Part shown: positions 12,532 to 24,179 of the stretch, in pieces
Position numbering within the stretch: position 1 is the stretch's first letter
Layout: the number at the start of each line of letters is the position of its first letter
Source: Takakia lepidozioides
Lineage: Eukaryota; Plantae; Bryophyta
Reading direction: 5' to 3'
Assembly: GCA_030704615.1 (NCBI GenBank)
Contig: CM060732.1
Coordinates: forward strand, 9,486,001 to 9,550,000
DNA: 64,000 bases
Notes under the pieces: generated by a model
The model's database searches: none
Told to the model about the DNA's origin: nothing
The model's input: the letters and a program-made list of their open reading frames with translations, nothing else
Made by a program: the position numbers and the translations under genes

Positions 12532-13257
12532 TGTCGCGGCCCTTTGCTTTGAGGGCAGGGGGGTCGGGACACAAGAGGGGCTGCCCCTGTGGTAGGGGCA
12601 GTCGCAACAATAGGTAGGGGGGCTGAAGCACCCTTGAGGGCCCAAGGCACTCAAGGAGGCGAAGGCACTTACTAGGTGGAGCCCCGCGCACCGGGTTGCG
12701 GTGGGGGTGGTTCCACGAGGGGTGGTGGTAGCTTAGTGGGTCTTAGTGGGGGTGACATATGACTCACCATGGGGCGGAGACCTTGTGGTAGGAGTCGTGG
12801 GGAGTCTTGGGACTCATCACGGTCCATTGGGGCCGTGGTGGGTGAGCCAAGATTCACCGCGACTCATCACCGGGAGTCAAGGATCTTCGTGGTGGTTCGC
12901 CATAAAAGGACGGTGTTGTTTGTGAAACCCCCGCGGACAGTCACAAAACTATATATAGGGAGTAGTAACCTCGAGAACGGTGCAAGCCCATTGGTGACCA
13001 AAAACTAGTGCGTAAGCGTGCGAGCTGGAAAGCGACCAAGGTGTGGGGAGCTATTCCGGACTGCCAACAACCAAAGGGAATTTTCACTAGGCCCAAAGTG
13101 AGTGAGGGTCTTGTGGAGGAGCAAAGGGGGACCGTTATGTCCCGGTGAACAGTCGAAGCTCCGAGTTGGCCCGGCGGCCAGTTTGGGAGTTAGGCACGCG
13201 CATCAAAGCGAGTAATTATGACTTGAAGAGGAGCTTACTGAAGTGATGTGCGCGACT
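12532..13257 (+). repeat. 5' LTR of Gypsy B
   Basis: Starts TGTCGC and ends GCGCGACT (terminal CA mutated); its last approximately 280 bp match 33073-33352; TATA-like TATATATAG at about 12950. Confidence 0.9.
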
Positions 13258-13259
13258 CT

Positions 13260-13271
13260 TCGTATCAGAGC
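13260..13271 (+). promoter_or_regulatory. Primer-binding site, initiator tRNA-Met type
   Basis: TCGTATCAGAGC, one mismatch to the canonical TGGTATCAGAGC, 2 nt after the LTR. Confidence 0.85.
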
Positions 13272-13405
13272 TTAGAGTTCAGTACGCGATCGTCCTTGAG
13301 ATTGGCCTCACCATGGGGTCGGGCAAGACAAAGTGAAAGCAGAACGGCCCAAAAGACAATGATCCTGGTGAGCTCGGTGGGGGCGACGTGTCACCGAAGC
13401 GGCAA

Positions 13406-14412
13406 ATGGAAGAGGTGATTTATGCTTATGAAAGCAAAGCCACTCAAGAACGGGAGGAATTTGGGGAGTCGGAGCCCGAGGACTTTCCAGAGGCTCCGCC
13501 AGACCAACAGATGCCTCCCATGCCAGCAGCCTTTTGAGAAGGGTTGTTGGCGCAGTTTGGCGAGACGTTGAAAGACGTGATGAGGGCGGCTAATGCCACT
13601 TCCACTAAGGCGAAGTTTAAGGTAAAGCCTAAGGAACCCGGCACCTTCGAGGGCGTCTGAAATCGGAAGACACTTAACACCTGGCTCTTGGAGCTGGAGC
13701 AGTACTTCCGGGCAGCCAAGTTGAGTGATGAGGATCGGGTGGAAGTGGCTCCTACCTATTTGAGAGGCTATGCTCAACAATGGTGGCAGAAACGCCTTCA
13801 TGACCAAGGTCCAAACCCAGAAACCTTGAGCTGGAGTAGGTTCAAGGAACTTATGAAAAGACAGTTTGTGCCCCTCAACGCGTCTTGGCTCGCCCGGGAC
13901 AAAATGAGGAATTTGAAGCAAACGGATGACATTCGGGGATATGTTCATGCTTTCAATGTGCTGTTGCTTGAAGTCACGGATATGGCGGAACCAGAAATGG
14001 TCTTCAACTTTGTAGCGGGACTGGCCCCATGGGCCAGGCGGAAGTTGGAAGAGAAGCCACCTAAGACTGTGAACGAGGCAATTGAAAGGGCTGAATGTGT
14101 CTCGGATGTCCCTAGGGGCGAAAGACAAGGCCGTACGGAGCTGAACCACAAGAAGGCCCGACGAGAGGGTGACTCCTTCCGACCGGAAAAGAAGTGGGAT
14201 AGGCCACGCGGCAACAATGACACATGGAAATCGAAGGGAGGACCTTCACACGTCAAAGCGGCACTTGGTGCTCCAAAAGAAAAATCAGGTGCGGCGGCTT
14301 ATGGTGGACAGAAGACGACCTTCGATGGAGTGTGCTTTAATTGCGGGGAGCCCGGGCACATGGCTAAGAAGTGCGCAAAACCCCGACAATTGAACATGAC
14401 TCAGGCGACCAC
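13406..14412 (+). pseudogene. gag: Gag of Gypsy B, interrupted by the CACTA insertion
   Basis: KPKEPGTFEG, WLLELEQYF, LRGYAQQWW, LKQTDDIRGYVHAF, zinc knuckle CFNCGEPGHMAKKC; two in-frame stops upstream of 13688. Confidence 0.92.
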
Positions 14413-15009
14413 CACTAGTACAAATTAACGTTTTTATGACTACGGGTGATATAAACCTTGGTTACCATGACTATATAGGTGACTACAGAGTGACGAAACC
14501 CATTGTTGGACGAAATTTAATATATTGTAATCTAATGAAGTCATACATATTACTACATGACTAGGAGCCACGGTAAAACATTGTTGACCAAGAACAGAGG
14601 CTTGGTTTATATAATTAGTAGTCATATGCACTACTACACGTCAACAAGTGCTACATAAGCTTATGACTAAATGACTACACCATTACTACACATTGATGAC
14701 ATGCCATAGAAGCTTATGACTACATGACTACATGGGTTTCACAGCTCTGTTTATATGCGACATCACTACACGTGGCATCTTAAGGCATATACATGAATGG
14801 GTTCATCCATTGGATGACCTCATCCATCTATCTTTAATAAAGCACTTGAGTCATTGGATGACACAAAGTGCAAAAAGTTAAAAAATTCAAAAAGTTTTTT
14901 TAGGGTTGCCCACGTTCAGCCGTGAACAGAGGGCTGGAACTTAGCCTCCTTTTGTCTCCCGTGCTACGATCAGTTTTGTTTTCTTAGTATCGAGCCGAAG
15001 CAGCGACAA

Positions 15010-15945
15010 CTTGTGTCATGGAATGCCATGATCGCATGATATGCAATACAGGGGTGTGAGATAGAGGCTTTGAGACCTATTCTTGAGCAAATGATGTAGG
15101 AAGGGCGAGGATATGCACATCAGGGGCATGGTATAGAGGCTTTGGAGACGTATGAGCAAATAATGTGGGAAGGGGTGAAGCCGGACCGGGTTGTGTTTGC
15201 AATGCGTGTGCGGGCCTAGCAGTCCTGGAAAAGGGTAAAAGGTCCATGGTGCCATTGTCAAATTTGGAATTGTACCCGATGTCATTCTGGACAATACCCT
15301 CGGGGACATGTATGCCAAATGTGGCAGTATTGAGGATACAAATGGAGTGTTTGAGAATATGGCTGAACGAAATGTCGTGTCCTGGAGTGTGATGATCGCT
15401 GGATAATCCCCAGCATGGATGCGGGATGGAGGCATTGGAGACCTATGAGCAAACGATGCGGGAAGGGGTAAAGCCAGACCCAGTCACGTTCGTTTGTATA
15501 TGCAATGCGTGTGCGAGCCTGGCAACCCTGAAAAAGGGCAAAGGTGACATCATCAGAGCTAGAATTGTACCCGACATCATTCTGAACAATACACTCGTGG
15601 ACATGTATGCGAAATGTGGGTGCATCGAGGATGCGAAGGGAGTTTTCAACAGTATGGCTGAACGAGCCCGACCACATCACGTTTGATGGCATTTGCAATG
15701 CATGTGCAAGCCTAGCAGCCCTGGAAAAGGGCAAAGAGATCCATGGTGACTTGTTAGAGCTGGAATCGTACCCGATGTCATTCTGAATAGTACTCTCGTG
15801 GACATGTATGCAAAATGTGGGTGCATCGAGGATGCAAAGGGAGTGTTCAATAGTATGGCTGAACGAGATGTGGTGTCGTAGAGTGCGATGATTGCAGGAT
15901 ATGCACAGCAAGGGCGTGGGATGGAGGCTTTGGAGACCTATGAGC
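15010..15945 (+). pseudogene. PLS-class pentatricopeptide repeat fragments
   Basis: Repeated NTLVDMYAKCGCIEDAKGVFNSMAE, EALETYEQ..EGVKPD.VTFVCICNACASL; many stops and frameshifts. Confidence 0.92.
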
Positions 15946-16513
15946 ACCTTCTTCAACACATTTCAGCCTGTTTTCCTTGTTATCAGAGTCGTCCCTAAAA
16001 TTTCAGGTTGAATTCTGCAAGTTAGCTCTTTGGTGCAAAAAAGTGAAGGCCTGTTGGAAGCGCAAGTCAGCATATGAACTAGTGTGATAAGTAGGGTTAG
16101 GGTGTTTGCTGGAACAAATCTAGGCTGTCATTGTCAGCTGCTAGGAGCAAGGCAAGGATGTGTGCATGATTTGTGCAAAGGCAGAGATAGCTGAAGGAGC
16201 AGGGATAGAGAGTGGGTCCAGATTCATCCAAAAGGGCCAGATTTCAAGCACAAGATTACTTATGATTCCCTGTCATTTGTGTTATTCAAAGCACTTACAA
16301 GGCACAGTGGGGAAGACATCATCCATTTCAACTTCAGTTTCTTGCTGTTTGTGGGTGTGACCACTACTAATGGACAGACTTTACTTACTGCAGGATGGGA
16401 GGATATGGAAGAAGAGACTGGCAGCAAGTGCCAGACAGAGGGTTGAATTTACCAGTACCATGCGAGATAATGATCATACCTTGTTCTATAGCAATGTTCC
16501 TCATCGTCAATGC

Positions 16514-16830
16514 TGTCAAGTTATTTTACCACTAGTGTGAAACTAGCTAGGAAATAGCTAGCTTTTACATATTGACATTTGGGATCGGCCCAAGTGTCAA
16601 TCCAGGGGTCAAGGCAGATTTAGGCCCTGGAGTGGTTATCTTCACGGCAAGCGCGGGAGGCTCATCTTTCTCGAGTTGAGCCTCACCGCGCCTAGCTATG
16701 GCGCCGTAGTGTGGATTCCCCATGGCGTGGGGTGCACTTGGCTTGACTTGTATTTGAGTGATGAGGTTATATATGCACGAGTTTATGCTTCAGATTTGTG
16801 AGCTCGTGCTTGTATTCTTCTTCTTTATCA
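16514..16830 (+). repeat. Repeat A1 (317 bp; 3' part of the LTR)
   Basis: Matches 27633-27949; I see one mismatch (GGATCGG versus GGATTGG). Confidence 0.95.
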
Positions 16831-16842
16831 CTCGAGAAAGAT
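16830..16842 (+). promoter_or_regulatory. Putative self-priming PBS
   Basis: ACTCGAGAAAGAT is the exact reverse complement of 16664-16676 (ATCTTTCTCGAGT) within repeat A; no TGG-started tRNA PBS is present. Confidence 0.75.
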
Positions 16843-18259
16843 CAACTCGTATCTGTGAGTGCCAGATACGAGTTAGTTGTAGCACTTGTGGTTTTTGCTT
16901 GAGAATGAGAGAAACCAAGTTGTTATGCAAGGAGCACCGTGGAGCTCTTAGTTGTTAGAAGCGGAGGCGATGTGGGTTACGAGGTGGTAGACCTTGGCAT
17001 TCGATCTTCAGCTTCAGAGATGAAAGCACCATGCTGCAGGTAATTCCAGAGCACCTTGATGGTTCCAGATTGTGTACATGCATGAGCAAGCACGATTGGG
17101 AAGAGGACCAGTCAAGAGCAGGTTATAGTGGCTTTGGTGGCAAAGCTGAGAACTGGACTTGGGAATGCGAGCTTTCATTGTGTGAAGGATTGCAAGACCA
17201 AGCGAAAGGGCTGATTTTGCTTGGGGCAAATCAGTGCACTTTGTGGAGTATGGTGAGATTGGGTTTCAATCTCGAGCTTCAGCATTGAGAGGGCTCTTGT
17301 CATGGCAAGAGCAGGGTTGGAACATGAGCTAAGAGGTGCGGCAAGGCCATGGAATGTGCACCTAGGGTTTCAGAGCTTGGAAGAAGAGCTCTTGCACCAC
17401 AAGAGAAGTGTCTTGTGGCTGGAAATGTAAGCCTTAGGGTTTCAGGAGCTTGGCAAAGGCTGTGGAGTGCTTAGTCTTGTCTTAGAGAGCATCAAGGAGC
17501 CAAGGAGCCAAGATAGGGGGCTGATATCTCTTGTGTGAAGAGGTTGCATGTGTGGAGCATGTATTCAGCTCATTGAAGCTTCCATCTTCAAGCTTGGAGG
17601 GCAAGCAAGGAAGAGGGGGCTGGTTTCCCTGTAGGGCATGTGGAGCATGCTTTCAGCCTGCTGAAGCTTGTATTTTCGGGTTTGTGGGTGCAAGAAATGA
17701 AGCAAAGGAGCTGATTCTCTTATGGTGAGAGTGGGGCATGTGTGGAGCATGCCTTCAGCCCATTGAGGCTCTTGTTTTCAAGCTTTAGAGAGCTAGAACG
17801 GAAGGTCTAGGGCTGGTTTCCACTTGGAGTGAAAGAAAAGCACTTGTAGGGCCTATGTGAGTTGGGGTTTCAACTTCAAGCTTGAAGGGAGCGCAACTCT
17901 TGAAGCAGCAGGTGTAGGGGGCTGGAATAGGCTCTAAGACAGATGCTATGGCCAAGGAGAGTGCTTGAATGAGTGCTCACAAGGGCTGGGAACCAGCAGG
18001 GCTTGGTTGTTTGCCATTGAGTTTAGTGGCGTGTTTGGGGAGGCTAAGTGAGAAAGAAGGCTTGGTTTGTGGCAACCACCTCATGGCTTAGGGCTACTAT
18101 GGTGGTGTGTGGGAGCCGAAAGAGCAAGAATACCTTGCTGATTTCCTCACAGCCGCCATAGCTCGGTGGAAAGAAGCCTAGAGTCCAAGAGACACAAACC
18201 CTAGCTTGGCGTGGCTAAACCCCTTGGAGAAATGGCTAAACTGCCAGAGCGGCCATGGA

Positions 18260-19200
18260 TGGGGCTGTGACGGGCTGTGCCCATGGCCTTTGGGGCTGTG
18301 ATGGGCTGTGACGGGCTGTGACAGGCTGTGCCCATGGCCTTTGGGGCTGTGATGGGCTGTGAGGGGCTGTGACAGGCCGTGCCTGAGGCCTTTGAGGCTG
18401 TGACAGGCTGTGCCCATGGCCTGTGGGGCTGTGACTGGCTGTGCCCAGTGGCCTGTGGGGCTGTGACGGGCTGTGAGGGGCTGTGACAGGCTATGCCCAT
18501 GGCCTTTGGGGCTGTGATGGGCTGTGAGGGGCTGTGATAGGCCGTGCCTGAGGCCTGTGGGGCTGTGACGGGCTGTGCGGGGCTGTGACAGGCTGTGCCC
18601 GTGGCCTTTGGGGCTGTGAGGGGCTGTGACAGGCTGTGCCTGAGGCCTTTGAGGCTGTGACGGGCTGTGAGGGGCTGTGACAGGCTGTGCCCATGGCCTT
18701 TGGGGCTGTGATGGGCTGTGAGGGGCTGTGATAGGCCGTGCCTGAGGCCTTTGAGGCTGTGACGGGCTGTGACAGGCCGTGCCTGAGGCCTTTGGGGCTG
18801 TGACGGGCTGTGAGGGGCTGTGACAGGCTGTGCCCAGTGGCCTGTGGGGCTGTGACGGGCTGTGCGGGGCTGTGACAGGCTGTGCCCAGTGGCCTGTGGG
18901 GCTGTGACGGGCTGTGAGGGGCTGTGACAGGCTGTGCCATGGCCTTGGGGCTGTGAGGGGCTGTGAGGGGCTGTGACAAGCCGTGCTTGAGGCCTTTGGG
19001 GCTGTGACGGGCTGTGAGGGGCTGTGTCAAGCCGTGCTTGAGGCCTTTGGGGCTGTGAGGGGCTGTGAGGGGCTGTGCGGGGCTGTGACGGGCTGTGACA
19101 GGCTGTGGCGAGCTGTGACGGGCTATGAGGGCTGTGACAGGCTGTGCCCAGTGGCCTGTGGGACTGTGACGGCTGTGACCAGTGAGCTGTGTGGGCCTGT
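18260..19200. repeat. About 10-bp-period GGCTGTG minisatellite in the 5' leader of element A
   Basis: Dozens of variants of GGGCTGTGAC/GGGCTGTGAG/AGGCTGTGCC. Confidence 0.97.
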
Positions 19201-20084
19201 GCTGGTCTGTGGTGGCCCGTGTTGACCTATGGACGGCCTGTGCTGACTTGTGGAGGCACTGGTGGACTGCCTAAGGACTGGCATATGGTCTGGAAGGCCG
19301 AATTTTGAAGCTCGTGGAGGGCGGTTTGAAGAGTATCTTCATGATATTCCCATGGTCATGCAAGTGAGGGAGAGAGGAGAGGAAGAGTGTTGGGATGAGG
19401 GCATGCTGGGGTTAGGCATTGCTTTAGCTTCTCTTCCTTGTAGTTTCCACCCTCTCATTAGGCCAAGACCTTTCCGTAGGTGGAGGCAAGAGTCAGTCCG
19501 GGTTTGGGCTGGGGTGTCCTTGCAGGAGCAACACCGTGGAGTTGTTTTTTGGTGTGGGGAGTTGTCGTTCTGATTTCTTGTGTTTGGATCCCCTCCATAC
19601 CTGCATGCTTGACTGTGCGCCATGCTAGTTTTGTTTGGGCGCTTGTTTTTATAGGTGATTGGTCCGGATTTGATCACCGGCCAGTCCCTAGAGCATGCTG
19701 TCGATGTGAGGCTGGGTGACACCAGCCAGCCCTCTTGGTTTCTCTCTGTGGTCAGGAGAACCAGCCACCATGTGGTCTAGGCTTGCTAGGTGGATGACCA
19801 TTCAGCCAACATTTCTAGCTTGCTTACCCATGGTAACTATTTAACCATACATACCATAACAGGTTCTCTACCCGGTTACCTTGGAGAGGGGGTTAGGGAC
19901 ATGTTCATGACCGGTTGAGTGTCAACACAGAGGTGCCACTAGTTGCTGGGGACAGTGCCGGTTCAAGCACTAGCGATACTAGTGGGTACACGAGACGAGG
20001 TGTGCGGTTTAGGCCACCTTCACCTCTTGTGTCTTCACGGAAGGTTCTGATTCGGATTGTGAATCAGGAGGACTCATACCGGCG

Positions 20085-21680
20085 GTGCAAGTTGTTTCTT
20101 TGCCATTGTTGTGGGACACAATGGAGGAGATGTATGGAGCTACCAAGGGGCCACGAAGGTACTCTGGGGCGGTGGGCACCATCGAGTTGGATGATTTTAT
20201 CCAAGAGTTTGATAGTTGGTGTGATTTGCAGCAAATGCGCAATCCACAACTATTTACGCCTTTCATGGCATGGAAGGGGTTATTTCAGCACCTTGAGGGG
20301 CCGCCTATGGATGATTATCATGAGTTCAGGCGGGGGCATGAGGTTGAGATCGAGGAGTGGAGGATGTACTGGTCACCCGACTATGTCTCCATCACTAGGG
20401 CACTAGAGCCACGAGGGCAGTGGCTACACCTGCCGCTGCACCGGCAGCTTCAGCAAGTAGTAGAGGGACAAAGGACTAGTGGTACAGTAGCTACGACGTC
20501 CACCCAAGCCACTACCGCACCAGCACTAGTACCCGTGCCTGCCTTCAACCCTGTTGTGGAGTTCTTCGAAGAGTTGAGAGGGAACTACCAAGGGGTGAGG
20601 ACAGAGAAGTTGCGGAGCTTGCAAGAGTTCCAACGGAAGCCGACCGAGAGCTTGGGGAGGCTTTCACTCGCATGAGGCGCTTGATAAATGTAACCCAAGG
20701 GGTTACGGAAGCTCAGGCAGTCCAATTCTGGTATGGGATATTGGACAAGGAGCTGAGGAGAAGGGTGCGGGATGCAACTCTCCTACAAGCGGCCCAACCC
20801 ACCTTAGCAAATGTGGTTTTTGCTGGCAGAGCGGATAGAGCTCAACATGGTGGAGGAACGAGTGGTCATGGTGGGATTTGCTAAGGAGACACCACGGGGT
20901 AGTGGTGCTCCTAGCCAACCACTACCTCAACGTGCTCAAGGCAACAAGGAGGCTGAGGTAAAGCTCAGGGAAGGGCAGAGAGGACCTCAGATGCAGGGGT
21001 CTCTCCCTTCATTTGCTGGCCAACAACGGGCGGATGTGGTGTGCTGGACATGTGGAGGACCCCATATCAAGAAGGATTGCCCAGAGGGAGGCAAAGGGTC
21101 GGCACATGCACAGCCTGCACAGTTGCAGTGTGGGCATTGTGGCAAGCACGGGCATGGAGAGGCCCAGTGTTATGGTTTGCATCCTGAGTTGCGCCCAGGC
21201 CAGTTCCAAGGGAACAATGGTGGCCGGGGGCGAGGTGGAGCAGCCCAGAGAGGACGAGGTGGCCAGCCACGAGGTGCAGGCCAAGGGCAAGCTCAACGTG
21301 GCCAAGGACGCGGAGGTCAGGGTGCTGACCAAGGCATGGCCAACCGGCTTCAGCAGCTAGAGCAGAGGCTCGCTGCTATGGCTACAGCTCAGGTGGTATC
21401 GGCTCTAAGGCCGGATGGTCCACCTCCTGCTCCTGAGGGAGGAGATATGGGAGGCATGGGATTCATGTGTGGAGCAGCACTACCACTAGTGCAGGTGGAG
21501 TCTGCTGCAACCGTGACTCGAGGAGCAGCACGAGTTCCTGAGCCACGAGGTGCAGAGGTGGAGTTGGATCCACAGCGTGGGGAGGCAAGCCGTCAGGCTA
21601 GGCTTCCTCAGTCATTCACATTGGCGGAGACAGTGTCGAGGCGGAGGTTACTATGCCATTGGGGAGAGCTACACGGGTAG
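20085..21680 (+). pseudogene. gag: Gag of element A (frameshifted)
   Basis: PRRYSG...LDDFIQEFDSW, LQEFQRKPTESL, knuckles CWTCGGPHIKKDC and CGHCGKHGHGEAQC, RGG-rich tract. Confidence 0.85.
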
Positions 21681-21989
21681 CACCACTACCTAGTGTTGCC
21701 AAGGCTGCGGCTGCTAGTGTGCTGCTAGGAGCGGCCACATCTGTATGTCAGGCTCCATTGTTCTCGGCTACCATGATTGCGACGCCGGGGGTAAAACCAG
21801 TTGAGGTGTTCAGGCTGGCAGCTACACTCTGTGAGAGTGGGGAGGTTACTTCATCTTCTGCGGAGATAGTGGGAGGTGTAGTGCCGGAGGGATCCTCGGA
21901 TTTGAGGGTCAAGACAACTACGGCGGCGCCATGGCAAGCTGCAGCTGCCAGGTTGGTGGAGCTGCCAGCTAGGCCAGCCATTGAGTGCG

Positions 21990-22420
21990 CCATGGTGACA
22001 CCTGGAGTTGTCATGTTAGACAACCAGGATGGCATTTTCTGTTTGAGTGGACCGGCATGCAAGAGGTACCGGCCACTGCGGGTCTTGTTGGACTCGGGAG
22101 CTCAGCCATTGATGCTGGGCAGAGCTGCTATTGCAGGCTTGGGCCTCACGGAGGCGGATATGGAGCCTTCTCCTTTCCAGATACAGACGTCTCTGGGAGG
22201 ATCGGAGCAGGCTCGGGGCATGACACGGCGTGAGTTGGCTATCAGACTACGGCCGGATCACCTATAGATGGCTCAGTGATGCGAGCCAAGGCCATTGTGA
22301 CAGACGCAGTCTCATACGATGTCCTGGTTGGTGGGGCAGTGTTGTACCCCATGGGCTTCACCCTGGATTTTTGGGAGGAGTCAGCTTCCTATAGGCCTGC
22401 ATGGCAGTCAGGGGAGGGCC
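21990..22420 (+). pseudogene. Aspartic protease of element A
   Basis: RVLLDSGAQ catalytic motif and downstream YDVLVGG. Confidence 0.85.
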
Positions 22421-22788
22421 AGCGTGTGCAGCTCCCTGTGACGTTCATAGGAGGAGTTGCGGTTGCCCAGCGAGGCAAGATGCCGACACTAGCAGCATTC
22501 ACAGTGGCAATGAGTTGGCCTAGAGAGTTGCTTGAGGGCAATGCTCATTCAGAGGATGTACCACCTCCGGGAGAGTAGGATGACATGTATGGTATGGCGG
22601 AGTTGCCTACCATGGTTGCTCAGACTCCATTGTGGGGCACGAGCAAGGATTTGCAGCGGGATGCTGATCGACGGGTGCAACAAGCCTGGGTGGAGGCTTT
22701 TGTACCGTCAGGAGAGGAGGAGAGTGTGGGGATTGCACCACAACCACCTCAATTGTCTCCATTGGACACCACACCTATTGTGTGGTAG

Positions 22789-23760
22789 TATCCGGATGAA
22801 GGCATTTGTCTTCTGGACTTGTTTGGCGGGATCAGCACCGGATTGGCTGCTGTGTTACAAGCAGGTGTACGAGTTCGGCGTTACTTGTATGTAGAGAGGG
22901 ATGAGACTGCACGACGCATTTCACTTTGCCATGTTGCTCAGTTGGTGCAGCGGTACCCTGAGTTGTTGTCGGTGTCTGCAATTCGTGGACATCAACAGGC
23001 CTTGCCAGCAGACATTTCGTTGTGGGGGCGCAGGATTTGGAGCGGGTTGGCTCCATTGATCTGGTAGTGGCAGGTTGGCCCTGCCAAGGGCATTCATCAG
23101 CGGGGCATGGCAATGGATTGCGAGACTCGAGGTCGGGTCTGTTTTGGGAGATGGTGCGGGTTTTGCGCCACTTGCAGCTTCATCAAGCTATATCTCCAGC
23201 ATACATCTTAGAGAATGTGCCACTGATGGGCGATTCTCGGACCAGGGTGATGGCCAGTGTGCATCAAGTCCGGTCGTGGCTTGGGTCAGCAGTGTTGCTA
23301 GACGCAGCTACAGTGGGGTCACGGGCTCATCGTCCACGGCTATGGTGGACTAACTTGATGCCACCCGCACTGCTCAAGCGTGCATTTGATGGGGTGCAGC
23401 GGCCAGCACATCTCACAGTGGATAACATTCTGGACACAGGGAGGCAGTCTCAAGCGTGAGACACGATGACCGTTCACCTTTGGCAGTGGTCAACAAGGTG
23501 GGTCAACCACGAGCAGCATTACCTACACTGCTCAGCTTCCCAGGATCGCATGCTTTCCAGGATAGTGGACCTGGCCTCCTGTGGGATGCTCAGTTGCAGC
23601 AGTTAGTGGAGCCTAATTCTGACGAGCGTGAGCGGGCAATGGGTTTTACCACTGGTACCACGGCGGTGTCGTCTCTTTCTGAGGCATCACGGCATCAAGT
23701 GTTGGGGCAAGCAATGGATCTCAATTGCTTGACATGGATTATCTGCTTGGCTTTGGCTGA
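22789..23760 (+). pseudogene. C5-cytosine DNA methyltransferase domain (DNMT3/DRM-like, canonical motif order) within pol
   Basis: Motif I LDLFGGIS (22813-22836), II YVERD, IV DLVVAGWPCQG (PC at 23079-23084), VI ILENV (23211), VIII AHRPRLWWTN, IX ERAMGF, X RHQVLGQAM; frameshifts near 23020 and 23455. Confidence 0.95.
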
Positions 23761-24179
23761 GCAACGCAGAGTGCGGAGTACACTTCCCTCAATGGTCTCT
23801 CTGCCTACCGAGACGGTACATGCAGTGAGTGGGGGCGAGCATGTGAGGACCGCGGGGTGCATGCATCCATGGCACACGTGGGAGGTGCTCGAGGTTCAGA
23901 GGGAGTTGGCAGCCAAGGCGGCTGTGATGGATGAGGTTGGGGATTCTTCTCGGGTTGAGGAGGTCCTCAAGGATGAGATGATGGGGCAGGATGAGGCCTT
24001 GTCATTGACTGAGCAGGCAGGGAGTACTGCTCAAGAGGTTGCAACATAGCAACCACTGGACGCGTCCTCTACCTCTAAGCCCACTGGACTTAAGGTTGCA
24101 ATTACGGAGGACAATTGGGAGCCTGACATTGGACCCATTGTCACCGGAGGAGAGAGACGACGTATACGGCAATTCCTGA

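Noticed and set aside
15010-15945. Functional PPR RNA-editing gene
   Set aside because: Multiple stops and frameshifts, no targeting peptide or E/DYW domain, and enclosed in CACTA TIRs.
18178-19225. ORFs with HSPSQP/TACHS repeats as real proteins (also 45852-46329 and 60964-61254)
   Set aside because: They are translations of the 10-bp minisatellite, open in several frames and on both strands.
22789-23760. Bacterial contamination or restriction-modification methylase
   Set aside because: It is embedded colinearly in a retrotransposon pol, has DNMT3/DRM-like signatures, and has no partner nuclease.
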